Assembly (NCBI RefSeq): GCF_044704955.1
Contig: NW_027254352.1
Coordinates: 3,224,001-3,288,000 of the forward strand
Origin: Pristiophorus japonicus
Taxonomy: Eukaryota
Length of the DNA stretch: 64,000 bases
Direction of reading: 5' to 3'
Below, piece by piece: positions 1 to 13,864 of this stretch. The notes under the pieces are model-generated. The model saw nothing but the letters and a program-made list of their open reading frames with translations. It searched no databases and was not told the origin of the DNA. Each line of letters starts with the position of its first letter. The first letter of the stretch is position 1. The position numbers were made by a program, and so were the translations under genes.

Positions 1-3000
1 TAGAGGGAGTGTGGGGTTCAGTACCCCTAGGGAGGGAGGTAGGGCGTGTGGGCCTCAGTATCCCCAGGGCAGGAGGGAGGGAGGGAGTGTGGGCCTCAGT
101 ACCTCAAGGCCAGGGAGGGAGGGTGTGTGGGCCTCAGTATCCCCGGACTGGGAGGGAGGGAGTGTGTGCTTCAGTACCCCAAGTGCTGGGAACGAGGGAT
201 TGTATGTGTCCGTACCTCCAAGGTAGGGAGGGTGGCATTGAGGGCTTCAGTATCTCCAGTGCTGGGAGGGAGAGAGTTTGGGCCTCAGTACCCCCAGGGC
301 AGTGGGTAGGGAGGGCGTGTGGGCCTCATAACCCCCAGGGCAGAGAAGCAGTGAGGGAGTGTGGGCCTCAGCAATCCCAGGACAGGGAGGGAGGGAGGCA
401 GTGTGGGCCTCTGCACCCCCAGGGCAGGGAGGGAGTGTGGGCCTCAGGACCTCCAGGGTTGTGAGGTAGTGAGGGCCTCAGTGGACTCCAGGGATGGAGA
501 ACGGGATTGTGGGCCTCCGTAACTCCATGTCATGAGCGAGTGTGGGCCTCTATACACCCAGGACAGAGAGGGCGGCATAGAGAGAGTGTGGGCCTCAGTA
601 CCCCTAGGCAGGGAGGTAGAACGTGTGCGCCTCAGTATCCCCAGGGCAGGAGGGAGGGAGGGTGTGTGAGCCTCAGTACCCCCAGGGTAGAGAGGGAGTG
701 AGTGTGGGCCTCAGTAACCCCAGGGCAGGGAGGGAGGGAGGCAATGTGGGCATCTGCACCGCCAGGGCAGGGCGGGAGTGTGGGCCTCAGGACCTCCAGG
801 GTAGTGAGGGAGTGTGGGCCTCAGTACCTCCAGTGCGGGGAACGAGGAAGTGTAGGTGTCAGTACCTCCAGGGCAGGGAGGGTGGCAGAGACGGCTTCAA
901 TATCTCCAGTGCTGGGATGGACGGAGTGTGGGCCTCAGTACCCCCAGGGCAGGAGGGAGGGATGGAGTGTGGGCCTCAGTATCTCAAGGCGAGGGAGGGT
1001 GGGAGTGTGGGCCTCAGCAACTCCGGACAGAGAGGGAGGGGGTGTGCGCCTCAGTACCTACAGTGCTGGGAGGGAGTGATTGTGGGCCTCAGCACCTCCA
1101 GTGCAGTGAGAGAGGTAGTGGGTGTGGTCTCAGTACCACCAGGGCAGAGATAGAGGGATGGAGTGTAGGCCTCAGTATCTCCAGGGCAAAGAGGAACGGA
1201 GTGAGTGTGTGCCTCAATGCCCCCAGGCAGAGAGGGAGGGAGGGATTGTTGGCCACAGTAACACAAGCATAGGAAGGGAGGGAGTGTGAGCCTCAGTACC
1301 ACCAGGGCAGGTCGGGAGTGTGGGCCTCAGTACCACAAAGCCAGGGAGGGAGTGGATGTGGACCTCAGTACCGCCAGGGTAGGGAAGGAGTGGGTGTGGG
1401 TCTAAGTATCTCCAGGGATGGAGGGTTGGGAGAATGGGCCTCAGAACCCCCAGGACAGGGAGAGATGAAGCGAGTGTGGGCCTCTGTACTCCTAGGGAAA
1501 TGAGGGATGGAGTTTGGGCCTCAGTTTCCGGAGGGAGGGAGTGAAGGTGAGAGTCAGTGTTCCCTGGGCCGGGATGGAGTGAGTTTGGGCCTCAGTACCT
1601 CCAGGGAGGGAGGGTGTGTGGTCCTCTATCCCCATGGCAGGGAAGGAGGGCGTGTTGGCCTCAGTACCCCAAGGGCTGGGAGGGAGGGAGTGTCGGCCTC
1701 ATTACCCCCAGAGAAGGGAGGAAGGGAGGCTTCTGAGCCTCAGTACCCCCAGGGTAAAGAGGGTGGGAGTTTGGACCTCAGTACCCACAGGGCACAGTGG
1801 GATGGACTTTGGGCCTCAGTATCCCCACGGCAGGTAGGGAGGGAGTATGGGCCTCAGTACCGCCAGGGCAGGGAGGGAGTGAGTGTGGGCCTCAGTACCT
1901 CCAGTGCAGGGAGAGAGGGAGTGTGGGCCTCAGTATCCCCAGGGCAGGAGGGAGGGAAGGAGTGTGGGCCTCAGTATCACATGGCCAGGGACGGTGGGAG
2001 TGTGGGCCTCAGTACCTACGGACTGGGAGGGACGGAGTGTGCGCCTCAGTACCTACAGTGCTGGGAGGGAGGGATTGTGGGCCTCAGTACCTCCAGGGCA
2101 GTGAGGGTGGCAGTGAGGGTTTCAGTATCTCCAGTGTTGGGAGGGAGGGAGTGTGGTCCTCAGTATACAGCGCTCGGAGGGAGGGGGTGTGGTCCTCAGT
2201 ACCTCGAGTGCTGGGAGGGAGGTAGTGGGTTTGGGTCTCAGTACCCCCAGGGCAGAGAGGGAGGGAGTGTGGGCCTCAGTACCTCCAGGGCAGAGAAGGA
2301 GGGAGGGATTGTGTGCCACAATACACCCAGGCAGAGAGGGAAGGAGGGAGTGTTGGCCTCAGTATCACAAGCATAGAAAGGGAGGGAGTGAGTGTGACCC
2401 TCATTAACCCCAGGGCAGTGAGTGTAGGAATGTGGGCCGCAGTACCTCAAGGACATAGAGGGAGGGGGTGTAGGTATCATTACACCCAGGGCAGGGAGGG
2501 AGGGTGTGTGGGCCTCAGTTCCTCCACTGCTTGTAGGGAGTGCGGGCCTCAGTACCTCCAGGGATGGAGGGAGGGAGTGTGGGCCTCAGTACCACAAAGC
2601 CAGGGAGGGGGGAGTGTGGGCCTCAGTACTCACAGGGCAGGGAGGGAGGGAGTGTGGGCCTCTGTACCACCAGGGAGGGAGAGAGGGAGTGTGGGCCTCA
2701 GTACCCCATGGTAGGAGGGAAGGGAGTATGGTCCTCAGAACCCCCAGGGCAGGGAGGGTTGGGGTTTGGGCCTCAGTACCTGCAGGAAGGGAGGGAGGGA
2801 GTGTGGTCCACAGTATCCCCACGGCAGGGAGGAAGGTAGTTTGGGCCTCATTACCCCCAGTGCGGGGAGGGAGGGAGTGTGGGCCTCAATACACCCAGGG
2901 CAGAGAGGGAGGGTGGGTGTTGATCCTCAGTACTCACAGTCTAGGGAGGGTGGGAGTGTGGGCCTCAGAACCTCCAGCGCAGAGACGGAGGGAGGGAGTG

Positions 3001-6000
3001 AGGCATCAATACCCCAGGCAGAGAGGGAGGGATGGAGTGTGGTCCTCAGAACCGCAAGGCAAGTGAGGGAGGGAGTGTGCGCCTCAGTACCTCCAATGCT
3101 GGGAGGATGGCAGTGATGGCCTCAGTACCTCCAGTGCTGGAAGGGAGGGAGTGTGGGCCTCAGTACTTCCATTGCTGGGAGGGAGGGATTGTGGTCTTCA
3201 GTACCTCGAGTGCCGGGAGGTAGGTAGTGGGTTTGTGTCTCAGTACCCCCAGGGCAGAGAGGGAGCGAGTGTGGGCCTCAATACCCCCAGGCAGAGAGGG
3301 AGGGAGGGAGTGTGGGCCTCAGTACCACAAGCATAGAAAGGGAGGTAGTGAGTGTGAGCCTCATTAACCCCAGGGCAGTGAGTGAGAGAATGTGGGTCGC
3401 AGTACCTCCAGGGAGGGAGGGAGGGAGTGTGGGCCTCAGTACCACAAAGCCAGGCATGGAGGGAGTGTGGGCCTCAGTACTCACAGGGCAGGGAGGGAGT
3501 GAGTGTGGGCCTCCGTACCACCAGGGAGGGAGAGAGGGAGTGTGGGCCTCAGTACCCCATGAAAGGAGGGGAGGGAGTATGGGCCTCAGAACCTACAAGG
3601 CAGCGACGGTGGGAGCGAATGTGGGCCTCAGTACCACAAGGGAAGTGAGGGATGGAGTGTAGGCCTCAGTTTCCGTAGGGAGGGAGTGATTATGAGCCTC
3701 AGTGTTCCCTGGGCAGGGAGGGAGGGGGTTTGGGCCTCAGTACCTCCAGGAAGGGAGGGAGGGAGTGTGGGACTCAGTATTCCACGGCAGGGAGGAAGGG
3801 AGTTTGGGCCTCATTACCCCCAGTGCGGTGAGTGAGGGACTTTGTGTGTCTCAGCAAACCCAGGGAAGTGAGGACGGGTGGGATTGTGGGCATCAATACT
3901 CCCAGGCAGAGAAGGAGGGAGGGAGTGTGGTCCTCAGTACCGCAAGCCAAGAGAGGAAGGTGTGTGCGCCTCAGTACCTCCAGTGCTGGAAGGGAGTGAG
4001 TGTGGGCCTCAGTACCACCAAGGCAGGGAGGATGGCGGTGAGGGCCTCAGTACATCCAGTGCTGGAAGGGAGGGAGTGTGGGCCTCAGTACTTCCAGTGC
4101 TGGTAGGGAGGGGGTGTGGTCCTCAGTACCTCGAGTTCTGGGAGGGAGGTAGTGGGTTTGAGTCTCAGTACCCCCAGGGCAGAGAGGGAGAGTGTTTGGG
4201 CCTCAGTACCTACAGGGTAGAGAAGGAGGGAGGGAGTGTGGGCCTCAATACCCCCAGGCAGAGAGAGAGGGAGGGAGTGTAGGCCTCAGTACCACAAGCA
4301 TAGAAAGGGAGGGAGTGAGTGTGGCCCTCATTAACCCAAGGGCAGTGAGTGAGGGAATGTGGGCCGCAGTACCTCCAGGACAGGGAGGGAGGAGGTGCAG
4401 GCCTCAGTACCCCCAGGGCAGGGAGGGAGGGAGTGTGGGCCTCAGCACCACCAGGGCTTGTAGGGAGTGCGGTCCTCTGTACCTCCAGGGAGGGAGGGAG
4501 GGAGTGTGGGCCTCAGTACCACAAAGCCAGGGAGGGAAAGAATGTGGGCCTCAATACACCGAGGCAGAGAGGGAGGGAGGGAATGTTGGCCTCAGTACTA
4601 CAAGCATAGACAGGGAGGGAGTGAATGTGACCCTCATTAACCTCAGTGCAGTGAGTGAAGGAATGTGGGCCACAGTACCTCAATGACAGGGAGGGAGGGG
4701 GAGTAGGCCTCATTACCCCCAGAGAAGTGAGGAAGGGAGGGTTCTGAGCCTCAGTACCCCCAGGGTAAAGAGGGTGGGAGTTTGGGCCTCAGTACCCACA
4801 GGGCAGAGTGGGATGGACTGTGGCCCTCAGTATCCCCACGGCAGATAGGGAGGGAGTATGGGCCTCAGTACCTCCAGGAAGGGAGGGATGGAGTGTGGGC
4901 CTCAGTAACCCCACGGCAGAGAGGAAGCGGAGTTTGGGCCTCATTACCCCCAGTGCGGGGAGGGAGGGTGTGTGAGCCTCAATACACCCAGGGCAGAGAA
5001 GGACGGTGGCTGCTGAGCCTCAGTACTCCCAGGTTAGGGAGTGTGGGAGTGTGGGCCTCAGTACCTCCAGGGCAGAGACGGAGGGAGGGAGTGTGGGCAA
5101 CAATACCCCCAGGCAGAGAGGGAGGGAGGGAGTATGATCATCAGTACCACAAGGCAAAGGAGGGAGGGAGTGTGCGCCTCAGTACCCACGGGCTGGGAGG
5201 GATGGAGTGTGCGCCTCAGTACCTCCTGTGCTGGAAGGGAGTGAGTGTGGGCCTCAGTACCTCCAAGGCAGGGAGGATGGCAGTGAGGGCCTCAGTACCT
5301 CCAGTGCTGGAAAGGAGGGAGTGTGGGCCTCAGTACATCCAGCGCTGGGAGGGAGGAGGTGTGGGCCTCATTACCTCTCAGTGCTGGGAGGGAGGTAGTG
5401 GGTGTGGTCTCAGTACCCCCAGGGCAGAGAGGGAGGGAGTGTGGGCCACAGTACCTCCAGGGCAGAGAAGAAGGGTGGGAGTGCGGGCCTCAATATCCCC
5501 AGGCAGAGAGGGAGGGAGGGAGTGTGGGCATCAGTACCACAAGCATAGAAATGGAGGAAGTGAGTGTGACCCTCATTAATCCCAGGGCAGTGAGTGAGGG
5601 AATGTGGTCTGCAGTACCTCCATGACAGGGAGGGAGGGGTTGTAGGCCTCAGTACACCCAGGGCAGGAAGGGAGATAGTGTGGGCCTCAGTTCCTCCAGG
5701 GCTTGTAGGGAGTGCGGGCCTCAGTACCTCCAGGGAGGGAGGGACGGAGTATGGGCCTCAGTACCACAAAGCAAGGGAGGGAGGGAGTGTGGGCCTCAGT
5801 ACTTCCAGTGCAGGGATGGAGAAAGTGTGGGACTCAGTACCCCCAGGGCAGGAGGGAGGGAAGGAGTGTGGGCCTCAGTATCTCAAGGCCAGGGACATTG
5901 GGAGTGTGGGCCTCAGTACCTCCGGACTGGGAGGGACGGAGTCTGCGGCTCAGTACCTACAATGCTGGGAGGGAAGGATTGTGGGCCTCAGTACCTACAG

Positions 6001-9000
6001 GGAAGTGAGAGTGGCAGTGAGGGCTTCAGTATCTCCAGTGCTGGGAGGGAGGGAGTGTGGTCCTCAGTACATCCAGCGCTGGGAGGGAGGTGGTGTGGTC
6101 CTCATTACCTCGAGTGCTGGGAGGGAGGTAGTGGGTTTGGGTCTCAGTACCCCCAGGGCAGAGAGGGAGGGAGTGTGGGTCTCAGTACCCCCAGGGCAGA
6201 GAGGGAGGGAGTGTGGGCCTCAGTACCTCCAGGGCAGAGAAGGAGGGAGGGAGTGTGGGCCTCAATACTCCCAGGCAGAGAGGGAGGAAGGGAGTGTGGG
6301 CCTCAGTACCACAAGCATAGAAAGGGAGGGATGAGTGTGACCCTCATTAACCCCAGGGCAGTGAGTGAGGGAATGTGGACCGCAGTACCTCCAGGACAGG
6401 GAGGGAGGGGGTGTAGGCCTCAGTACACCCAGGGCATGGAGGGAGGGAGTGTGGGCCTCAGTTCCTCCAGGGCTTGTAGGGAGTGCGGGCCTCAGTACCT
6501 CCAGGGAGGGAGGGAGGGAATGTGGGCCTCAGTCCCACAAAGCCAGGGAGGGAGGGAGTGTGGGCCTCAGTACTCCCAGGGCAGGGAGGGAGGGAGTGTG
6601 GGCCTCAGTACCACCAGGAAGGGAGAGAGAGAGTTTGGGCCTCAGTACCCCATGGAAGGAGGGGAGGTAGTATGGGCCTCAGAACCCCCAGGGCAGGGAG
6701 GGTGGGCGCGAGTGTGGGCCTCAGTACCACAAGGGAAGTGAGGGACGGAGTGTGGGCCTCAGTTTGTGGAGGGAGGGATGGGGTGTGAGCCTCAGTGTTC
6801 ACTGGGCAGTGAGGGATGCGGTTTGGGTCTCAGTACCTCCTGGAAGGGAGGGAGTGTGTGTGGGCCTCAGTATCCCCAGGGCAGGAATGGAGGGAGTGTG
6901 GGCCTCATTACCCCCAGTGCGGTGAGGGAGGGAGTGTGGGCCACAGTACACAAGGGCAGAGAGGGAGGGTGGATGCTGAGCCTCAGTACCTCCAGGGCAG
7001 AGACGGAGGGAGGGAGTGTGGGCCTCAATACCCCCAGGCAGAAAGGGAGGGAGGGAGTGTGGTCCTCAGTACCGCAAGGCAAAGGAGGGAGGGAGTGTGC
7101 GCCTCAGTACCCATGGGCTGGGAGGGAGGGAGTGTGCACCTCAGTCCCTCCAGTGCTGGAAGGGAGTGAGTGTGGGCCTCAGTACCTCCAAGGAAGGGAG
7201 GATGGCAGTGAGGGCCTCAGTACCTCCAGTGCTGGAAGGGAGGATCTGTGGGCCTCAGTACTTCCAGTGCTGGGAGGGAGGGGGTGTGGGCCTCATTACC
7301 TCCAGTACCGGGAGGGAGGTAGTGGGTGTAGGTTCAGTACCCCCAGGGCAGACATAGAGGGAGTGTGGGCCACAATACCACCAGTGCTGGGAGGGAGGTA
7401 GTGGGTGTTGGTTCAGTACCCCCAGGGCAGAGATAGAGGGAGGTAATGTCGGCCTCAGTATCTCCAGGGCAGAGAGGGAGGGAGGGAGTGTGGTCCTCAA
7501 TACCCCCAGGCAGAGAGGGAGGGAGGGAGTGTGGGCCTCAGTACCACAAGCAAGGGAGGGAGTTTGGGCCTCAGTACCACCAGGGCAGGTAGATTGTGTG
7601 GGCCTCAGTACCACAATGCCAGGGATGGAGGGGATGTAGGGCTCACTACCACCAGCGTAGGGAGTGGGGGGTGGGCCTCAGTATCCTCAGGGAAGAAGGG
7701 GAGGGAGTATGGGCCTCAGAATCCCAAGAACAGGGAGGGAGGGAGCGAGTTTGGGCCTCTGTACCCCTCGGGAAGCGAGGGACGGCGTGTGGGCCTGCGC
7801 TTCCGGAGGGAGTGAGGGAGTGTGGGACTAAGTGTTCCCTGGACCGGTAGGGATGGAGTTTGGGTCTCAGTACCTCCAGGGTAGGAGGGAATGTGGGCCT
7901 CTATCCCCATGGCAGGGAAGGAGGGAGTGTGGGCCTCAGTACCCTTGGGCGGGGAGGGAGGGAGTGTGGGCCTCATTACCCCCAGGGCAGGGAGGGTGGG
8001 AGGGTGCTGAGCCTCAGTACCCCCAGGGTCGAGAGGATGTGAATGTGGATCTCAGTAACCACAGGGCAGATTGGGACAGACTGTGGGCCTCAATATCCCC
8101 ACGGCAGGGAGGGAGCGAGTCTGGGCCTCAGAATCTCCAGAGCAGGGAGGGAGGGAGTGTGGGCCTCAGTACCACCAAGGTAGTGAGGAATAGAGGAAGT
8201 TTGGGCCTCAGTCCCCCTAGGGAGGGATGTGGGGCGTATGGGCCTCATTACTGCCAGGGCAGGATGGAGGGAGGTATTTTGGGCCTCAGTACCCCCATGG
8301 CAGGAGGGAGGAAGGGACTGTCGTTCTCAGTACCTCAAGACCGGGGAGGGAGGGAGTGTGGGCCTCAGTATCTCTGGACTTGTAGGAAGGGAGTTTGCAC
8401 CTCAGCACCTCCAGTGCTGGGAGGGAGGTAGTGTGGGCCTCAGTACCTCCTGCAGTGGGAGAGAGGGGGTGTGGGCCTCACTACCTCCAGTGCTGGGAGG
8501 GAGGTAGTGGGTGTGTGTCTCAGTACCCCCAGGGCAGAGAGGGAGGGAGTGTGGGCCTCAGTAACTCCAGGGCAGAGATGGAGGGAGGGAGTGTGGGGCT
8601 CAATACCCCCAGAGCAGAGAGGGCGGGAGAGAGTGTGGCTCTCAGTACCACGAGGCAAGGGAGGGAATGAGTTTGGGCCTCAGTACCCCTGGGCTGTGAG
8701 GGAGGGAGTGTGCGCCTCAGTACCTCCAGTGCTGTGCGGGAGTGCGTGTGGGCCTCACTACCTCCTGGGCAGGGAGCATGGCAGTGAGGGCCTCAGTACC
8801 TCGAGTGCTGCAAGGGAGCGAGTCTGGGCCTCAATACTTCCAGTGCTGGCAGGTAGTGAGTGTGGATCTCAGTACACCAAGGGAAGTGAGGGATGGAGTG
8901 TGGGCCTCAGTACCTCCAGTGCAGGGAGGGAGGGAGTGTGGGCCTCACTACCCCCAGGGCAGCAGGGAGGGAAGGAATGTGGGCCTCAGTATTCCGGACT

Positions 9001-12000
9001 GGGAGGTAGGATGTGTGCGCCTCAGTACCGACAGTGCTGGGAGGGAGGGATTGTGGGCCTCTGTACCTCCAGGACAGGGAGGGTGGCAGTGAGGGCTTTA
9101 GTATCTCCAGTGCTGTGTGGGAGGGAGTGTGGGCCTCAGTACATCAAACGCTGGGAGGGAGGGGGTGTGAGCCTCACTACCTCCAGTGCTGGGAGGGAGG
9201 TAGTGGGTGTGGGGCTCAATACCCCCAGAGCAGATAGGACGGGAGCGAGTGTGGCCCTCAGTACCACAAGGCAAGGGAGTGAATGAGTGTGGGCCTCAGT
9301 ACCCCTGGGCTGGGAGGGAGGGAGTGATCGCCTCAGTACCTCCAGTGCTGGGAGGGAGTGAGTGAAGGCTTCACTACCTTCTGGGAAGGAAGGATGGCAG
9401 TGAGGGCCTCAGTACCTTCAGTGCTGGAAGGAAGCGAGTGTGAGCCTCAGTACTTCCAGTGCTGGGAGGTAGTGGGTGTGGGTCTCAGTACACCTAGGGA
9501 AGTGAGGGATGGAGTGTGGGCCTCAGTTTCCAGAGCGAGGGAGCGAGTGTGAGACTAAGTGTTCCCTGGGTCGGGAGGGAGGGAGTTTGGGCCTCAGTAA
9601 CTCCAGGGAGGGAAGAAGTGTGGGCCTCTATCCCTACGGCAGGGAAGGAGGGAGTGTGGCCCTCAGTACTCCCAGGGCAGGGAGGGAGGGATTGTGGGCC
9701 TCATTACCCCTAGGGCAGGGATGGAGGTTGGGTTCTGAGCCTCACTATCCCCAGGGTAGAGAGAGTGATATTGTGGGCCTCAGTACCCACAGGGCAGATT
9801 TGGATGGACTGTGGGCCTCAGCATCCCCACGGCAGGGAAGAGGAAGTGTGGGCCTCAGTAACCCAGGGCAGGGATGAAGCGAGTGTGGGCCTCAGTATCT
9901 CCAGTGCAGGGAGGGAGGGAGTGTGGGCCTCAGTATCCCCAGGGCAGGGTGGGAGTGTGCCTATTTGGGCCTCAGTACTCCAAGGGCAGGAGGGAGGGAA
10001 GGAATGTGGGCCTCAGTATTACGGACTGGGAGGGAGGGATTGTGGGCTTCTGTCCCTCCAGGACAGGGAGGGTGGCAGTGAGGGCTTTAGTATCTCCAGT
10101 GCCTGGAGGGAGGGAGTGTGGGCCTCAGTACATCCAGCGCTGCGAGGGAGGGGGTGTGGGCCTCAGTATCCCCAGGGCAGAGAGGGAGAGAGGGAGTGTG
10201 GGCCTCAATACCCCCAGGCAGAGAGGGAGGGACGGAGTGTGGGCCTCAGTACCACAAGGAAAGGGAGGGAGGGAGTGTGACCCTCATTAACCACAGGGCA
10301 TTGAGTGAGGCAATGTGGGCCTCAGTACCTCCAGTCAGGGAGCGTCGGTGGGTAGGCCTCGGTACCCCCAGGGCAAGAAAGTAGGGTGTGTGGGCCTCAG
10401 TTCCTCCAGGACAGGTAGGGAGTGCGGACCTCAGTACCTTCAGGGAGGGAGGGAGGGAGTGTGGGCCTCATTACCACAAAGCCATTGAGGGAGGGAGTGT
10501 GGGCCTCAGTACACCCAGGGCAGGGAGGGAGGGAGTTGGGCCTCAGTACCACCAGGGAGGGAGAGAGGGAGTTTGGGCCTAATTACCCCATGGAAGGAGG
10601 TGAGGAAGTATGGGCCTCAGAACCCCAAGGGCAGGGAGGGTGGGAGCGAGTGAGAGCCTCAGTTCCACAAGGGAAGTGAGGGCCGGTGTATGGGTCTCAG
10701 TTTCCGGAAGGAGGGAGGGAGTGTGAGCCTCAGTATCCGCATGGCAGGGAGGGAGGGAGAGTGGGCCTCATTACCCCCAGTGCGGGGAGGGAGGGAGTGT
10801 GGGCCTCAGTACACCCAGAGTAGTGAGGAATAAAGGGAGTGTGGGCCTCAGTACCCCTAGGGAGGGATGCAGGGCGTGTGGGCCTCATTACCGCCAGGGC
10901 AGGACGGAGGGAGAGAGTGTGGACCTCAGTACCTCAAAGACCGGGAGGGAGTGAGTATGGGCCTCAGTACCTTCGGACTGGATGGGAGGGTGTCTGTGCC
11001 TCAGTACATCCAGTGCTGGGACAGAGGGAGTTTGGGCCTCAGTATCTCCAGGGCAGGGAGGGTGGCAGTGAGTGCTTCAGTATCTCCAGTGCTGGGAGGG
11101 AGGGGCTGTGGGCCTTATTTCCTCCAGTGCTGGGAGGATGGTAGAGGGTGTGGGTCTCAGTACCTCCAGGACAGAGAGGAAGGGAATGTGGGGCTCAGTA
11201 CTTCAAGTGCAGGGAGGGAGGCAGTGTGGGCCTCAGTACCCCCAGCGTAGTGAGGAATAGACGGATTGTGAGCATCAGTAGCCCGAGGGAGGGATGTAGG
11301 GCGTGTGGGCATCAGTACCACAAGGCCAGGGAGCGAGGGAGTGTGGGCCTCAGTACCCCCTACTGGGAGGGAGGGAGTGTGCCCCTCAGTACCTTCAGTG
11401 CTGGGAGTGAGGGGTGGGCCTCAGTACCTCCAGGGCAGGGAGCCTGGCAGTGAGGGCATCAGTATTTCCAGTGGTGGGAGGGAGGAAGTGAGGGTCTCAG
11501 TACCTCCACTGCTGGGAGGGAGGTAGTGGGTGTGATTCTCAGTACCCCCAGGGTAGAGAAGAATGCAGTGTGGGCCTCAGTACCTCCAGGGCAGAGAGGG
11601 AGGGAGGGAGTGTGGGCCTCAATACTCCCAGTCAGGGAGGGAGGGAAGATGTGAGTGCCAGAGTACCACAAGGCAAGGGAGGGAGGGAGTGTGGGCCTCA
11701 GCAGCCCTGGGCAGGGAGGCGGTGGCGGGGTGTGGGTCTCAGGACCCCCAAAGCAGAGATGGAGGGAGGGAGTGTGGGCCTCAGTACCTCCAGGGCAGAG
11801 AGGGAGGGAGCGACTGTGGGCCTCAATACCCCCAGGTAGAGAGGGAAGGAGGGAGTGTAGGCCTCAGTACCACAAGGCAAGGGAGGGAGGGAGTGTGGGT
11901 CTCAGTACCTCCAGGGCAGGTAGGAAGTGTCGGCCTCAGTACCACAAAGCCAGGGAGGGAGGGAGTGTGGGCCTCCGTACAACAAAGCCAGGAAGGGAGG

Positions 12001-13864
12001 GTGTGTGATACTCAGTACACCCAGGGCAGAGAGGGAGGGAGTGTGGGCCTCAGTACTTCAAGGGCAGAGAGTGAGGGAGGGAGTGTGGGCCTCAATACCC
12101 CCAGGCAGAGAGGGAGGGAGGGAGTGTGAGCCTCAGTACCACAAGGCAAGGGAGGGAGGGAGTGCGGGCCTCAGTACCCCCGGGCTGGGAGGGAGGGAGT
12201 GGGCGCCTCAGTACCTCCAGTGTTTGGAGGGAGTGAGTGTGGGCCTCATTACCTCCAGGGCAGGGAGGATGGCAGTGAGGGTCACTGTACCTCCAGTGCT
12301 GGAAGGGAGGGAGTGTGGGCCTCAGTACTTCCAATGCTGGGAGTGAGGGGGTGTGGGCCTCATTACCTCTAGTGCTGGGAGAGAGGTAATGGGTGTGGGT
12401 CTCAGTACCCCCAGGGCAGAGATGGAGGGAGCGAGTATGGCCCCCAGTACCTCCAGGGCAGAGAGGGAGGGAGGGAATGTGGGCCGCAATACCCCCTGTC
12501 AGAGAGGGAGGGAGGGACTGTAGGCCTCTGTACCACGTGGCAAGGGAGAGATGGTGTGTGGGTCTCAGTACCTCCAGGGCAGGTAGGGAGTGTGGGCCTC
12601 AGTACCACAAAGCCAGGGAGGGAGGGAGTGTGGGCCTCAGTACCCCCAGGGCACAGATGGGTGGAGGGAGATTAGGCCTCAGCACTTCCAGGGCAGAGAG
12701 GAACGGATGGAGTGTGGAGCTCAATAGACGCAGGCAGAGAGGGAGGGAGGAAGAGTGGGCCTCAGTACCACAAGGCAAGGGAGGGAGTAATTGTGATCCT
12801 CATTAAGCTCAGGGCAGTGAGGGAGAGAAAGTGGGCCGCAGTATCTCCAGGACAGGGAGGGAGGGGATGTAGGCCTCAGTACCCCCAGGGCAGGTAGGGA
12901 GTGTGGGCCTCAGTACCTCCTGGGAGGGAGGGAGGGAGTGTGGGCCTCAGTACCACAAATAGAGGGAAGGATAGAGTGTGGGCATCTGTACTCCCAAGGC
13001 AGGGAGGGATGGAGTGTGGGCCTCAGTACCATCAGGGAGGGAGAGAGGGAGTTTGGGCATCAGTACTCTAGGGAATGAGGGGAGGGAGTATGGGTCTCAG
13101 TACCCCTAGGGAAGTGAGGGACGGAGTGTGGGCCTCTATTTCAGGAGGGAGGAAAGGATGGAGAGTGAGCCTCAGTGTTCCCTGGGCATGGAGAGGGGGA
13201 GCTTGGTCCTCTGGACCTCCAGGAAGGGAGGGAGTGTGAGCCTCACTATCCCCATGGCAGGGAGGGTGAGAGTGTTGGCCTCAGTACCCTCAGGGCAGAG
13301 AGGGATGGAGTGTGGGCCTCAGTATCCCCATGGAAGGAGGGGAGGGAGTATGGGCGTCAGGACCCCCAGGGCAGTGAGGAAGGGACCGAGTGTGGGCCTC
13401 AGTTTCTAGAGGGTGGGAGGGAGTGTGAGCCTCATTGTTCCCTGGGCAGCGAGGGAGGGAGTTTGGGCCTCAGTACCTACAGGGAGTGAGGGAGGGAGTG
13501 TGGGCCTCAGTATCCCAACAGCAGGGAGGGTGGGAGTGTGGGCCTCAGTACCCCCAGGGTAGGGAGGGTGGGAGTGTGGGACTCAGTACCCACAGGGCAG
13601 GGAGGGATGGACTGTGTGCCTCAGTATTCCCAAGGCAGGGAGGGAGGGTGTTTGCACCTCAGTACCCACAGGGCAGGGAGGGAGGGAGTGCGGGCCTCAG
13701 GACCTCAAGGGCAGGAATGGAGGCAGTGTGGGGAGGGAGTGTGGGCCTCAGTACCCCCATGCTAGTGAGGGAGGGAGGGTGTGCGGGCCTCAGTACCACC
13801 AGGGCAGTGTGTGAGAGAGTGAGACTGGGCCTCAAGACCCCCAATGCAGTGAGGAAGGGAGTGT

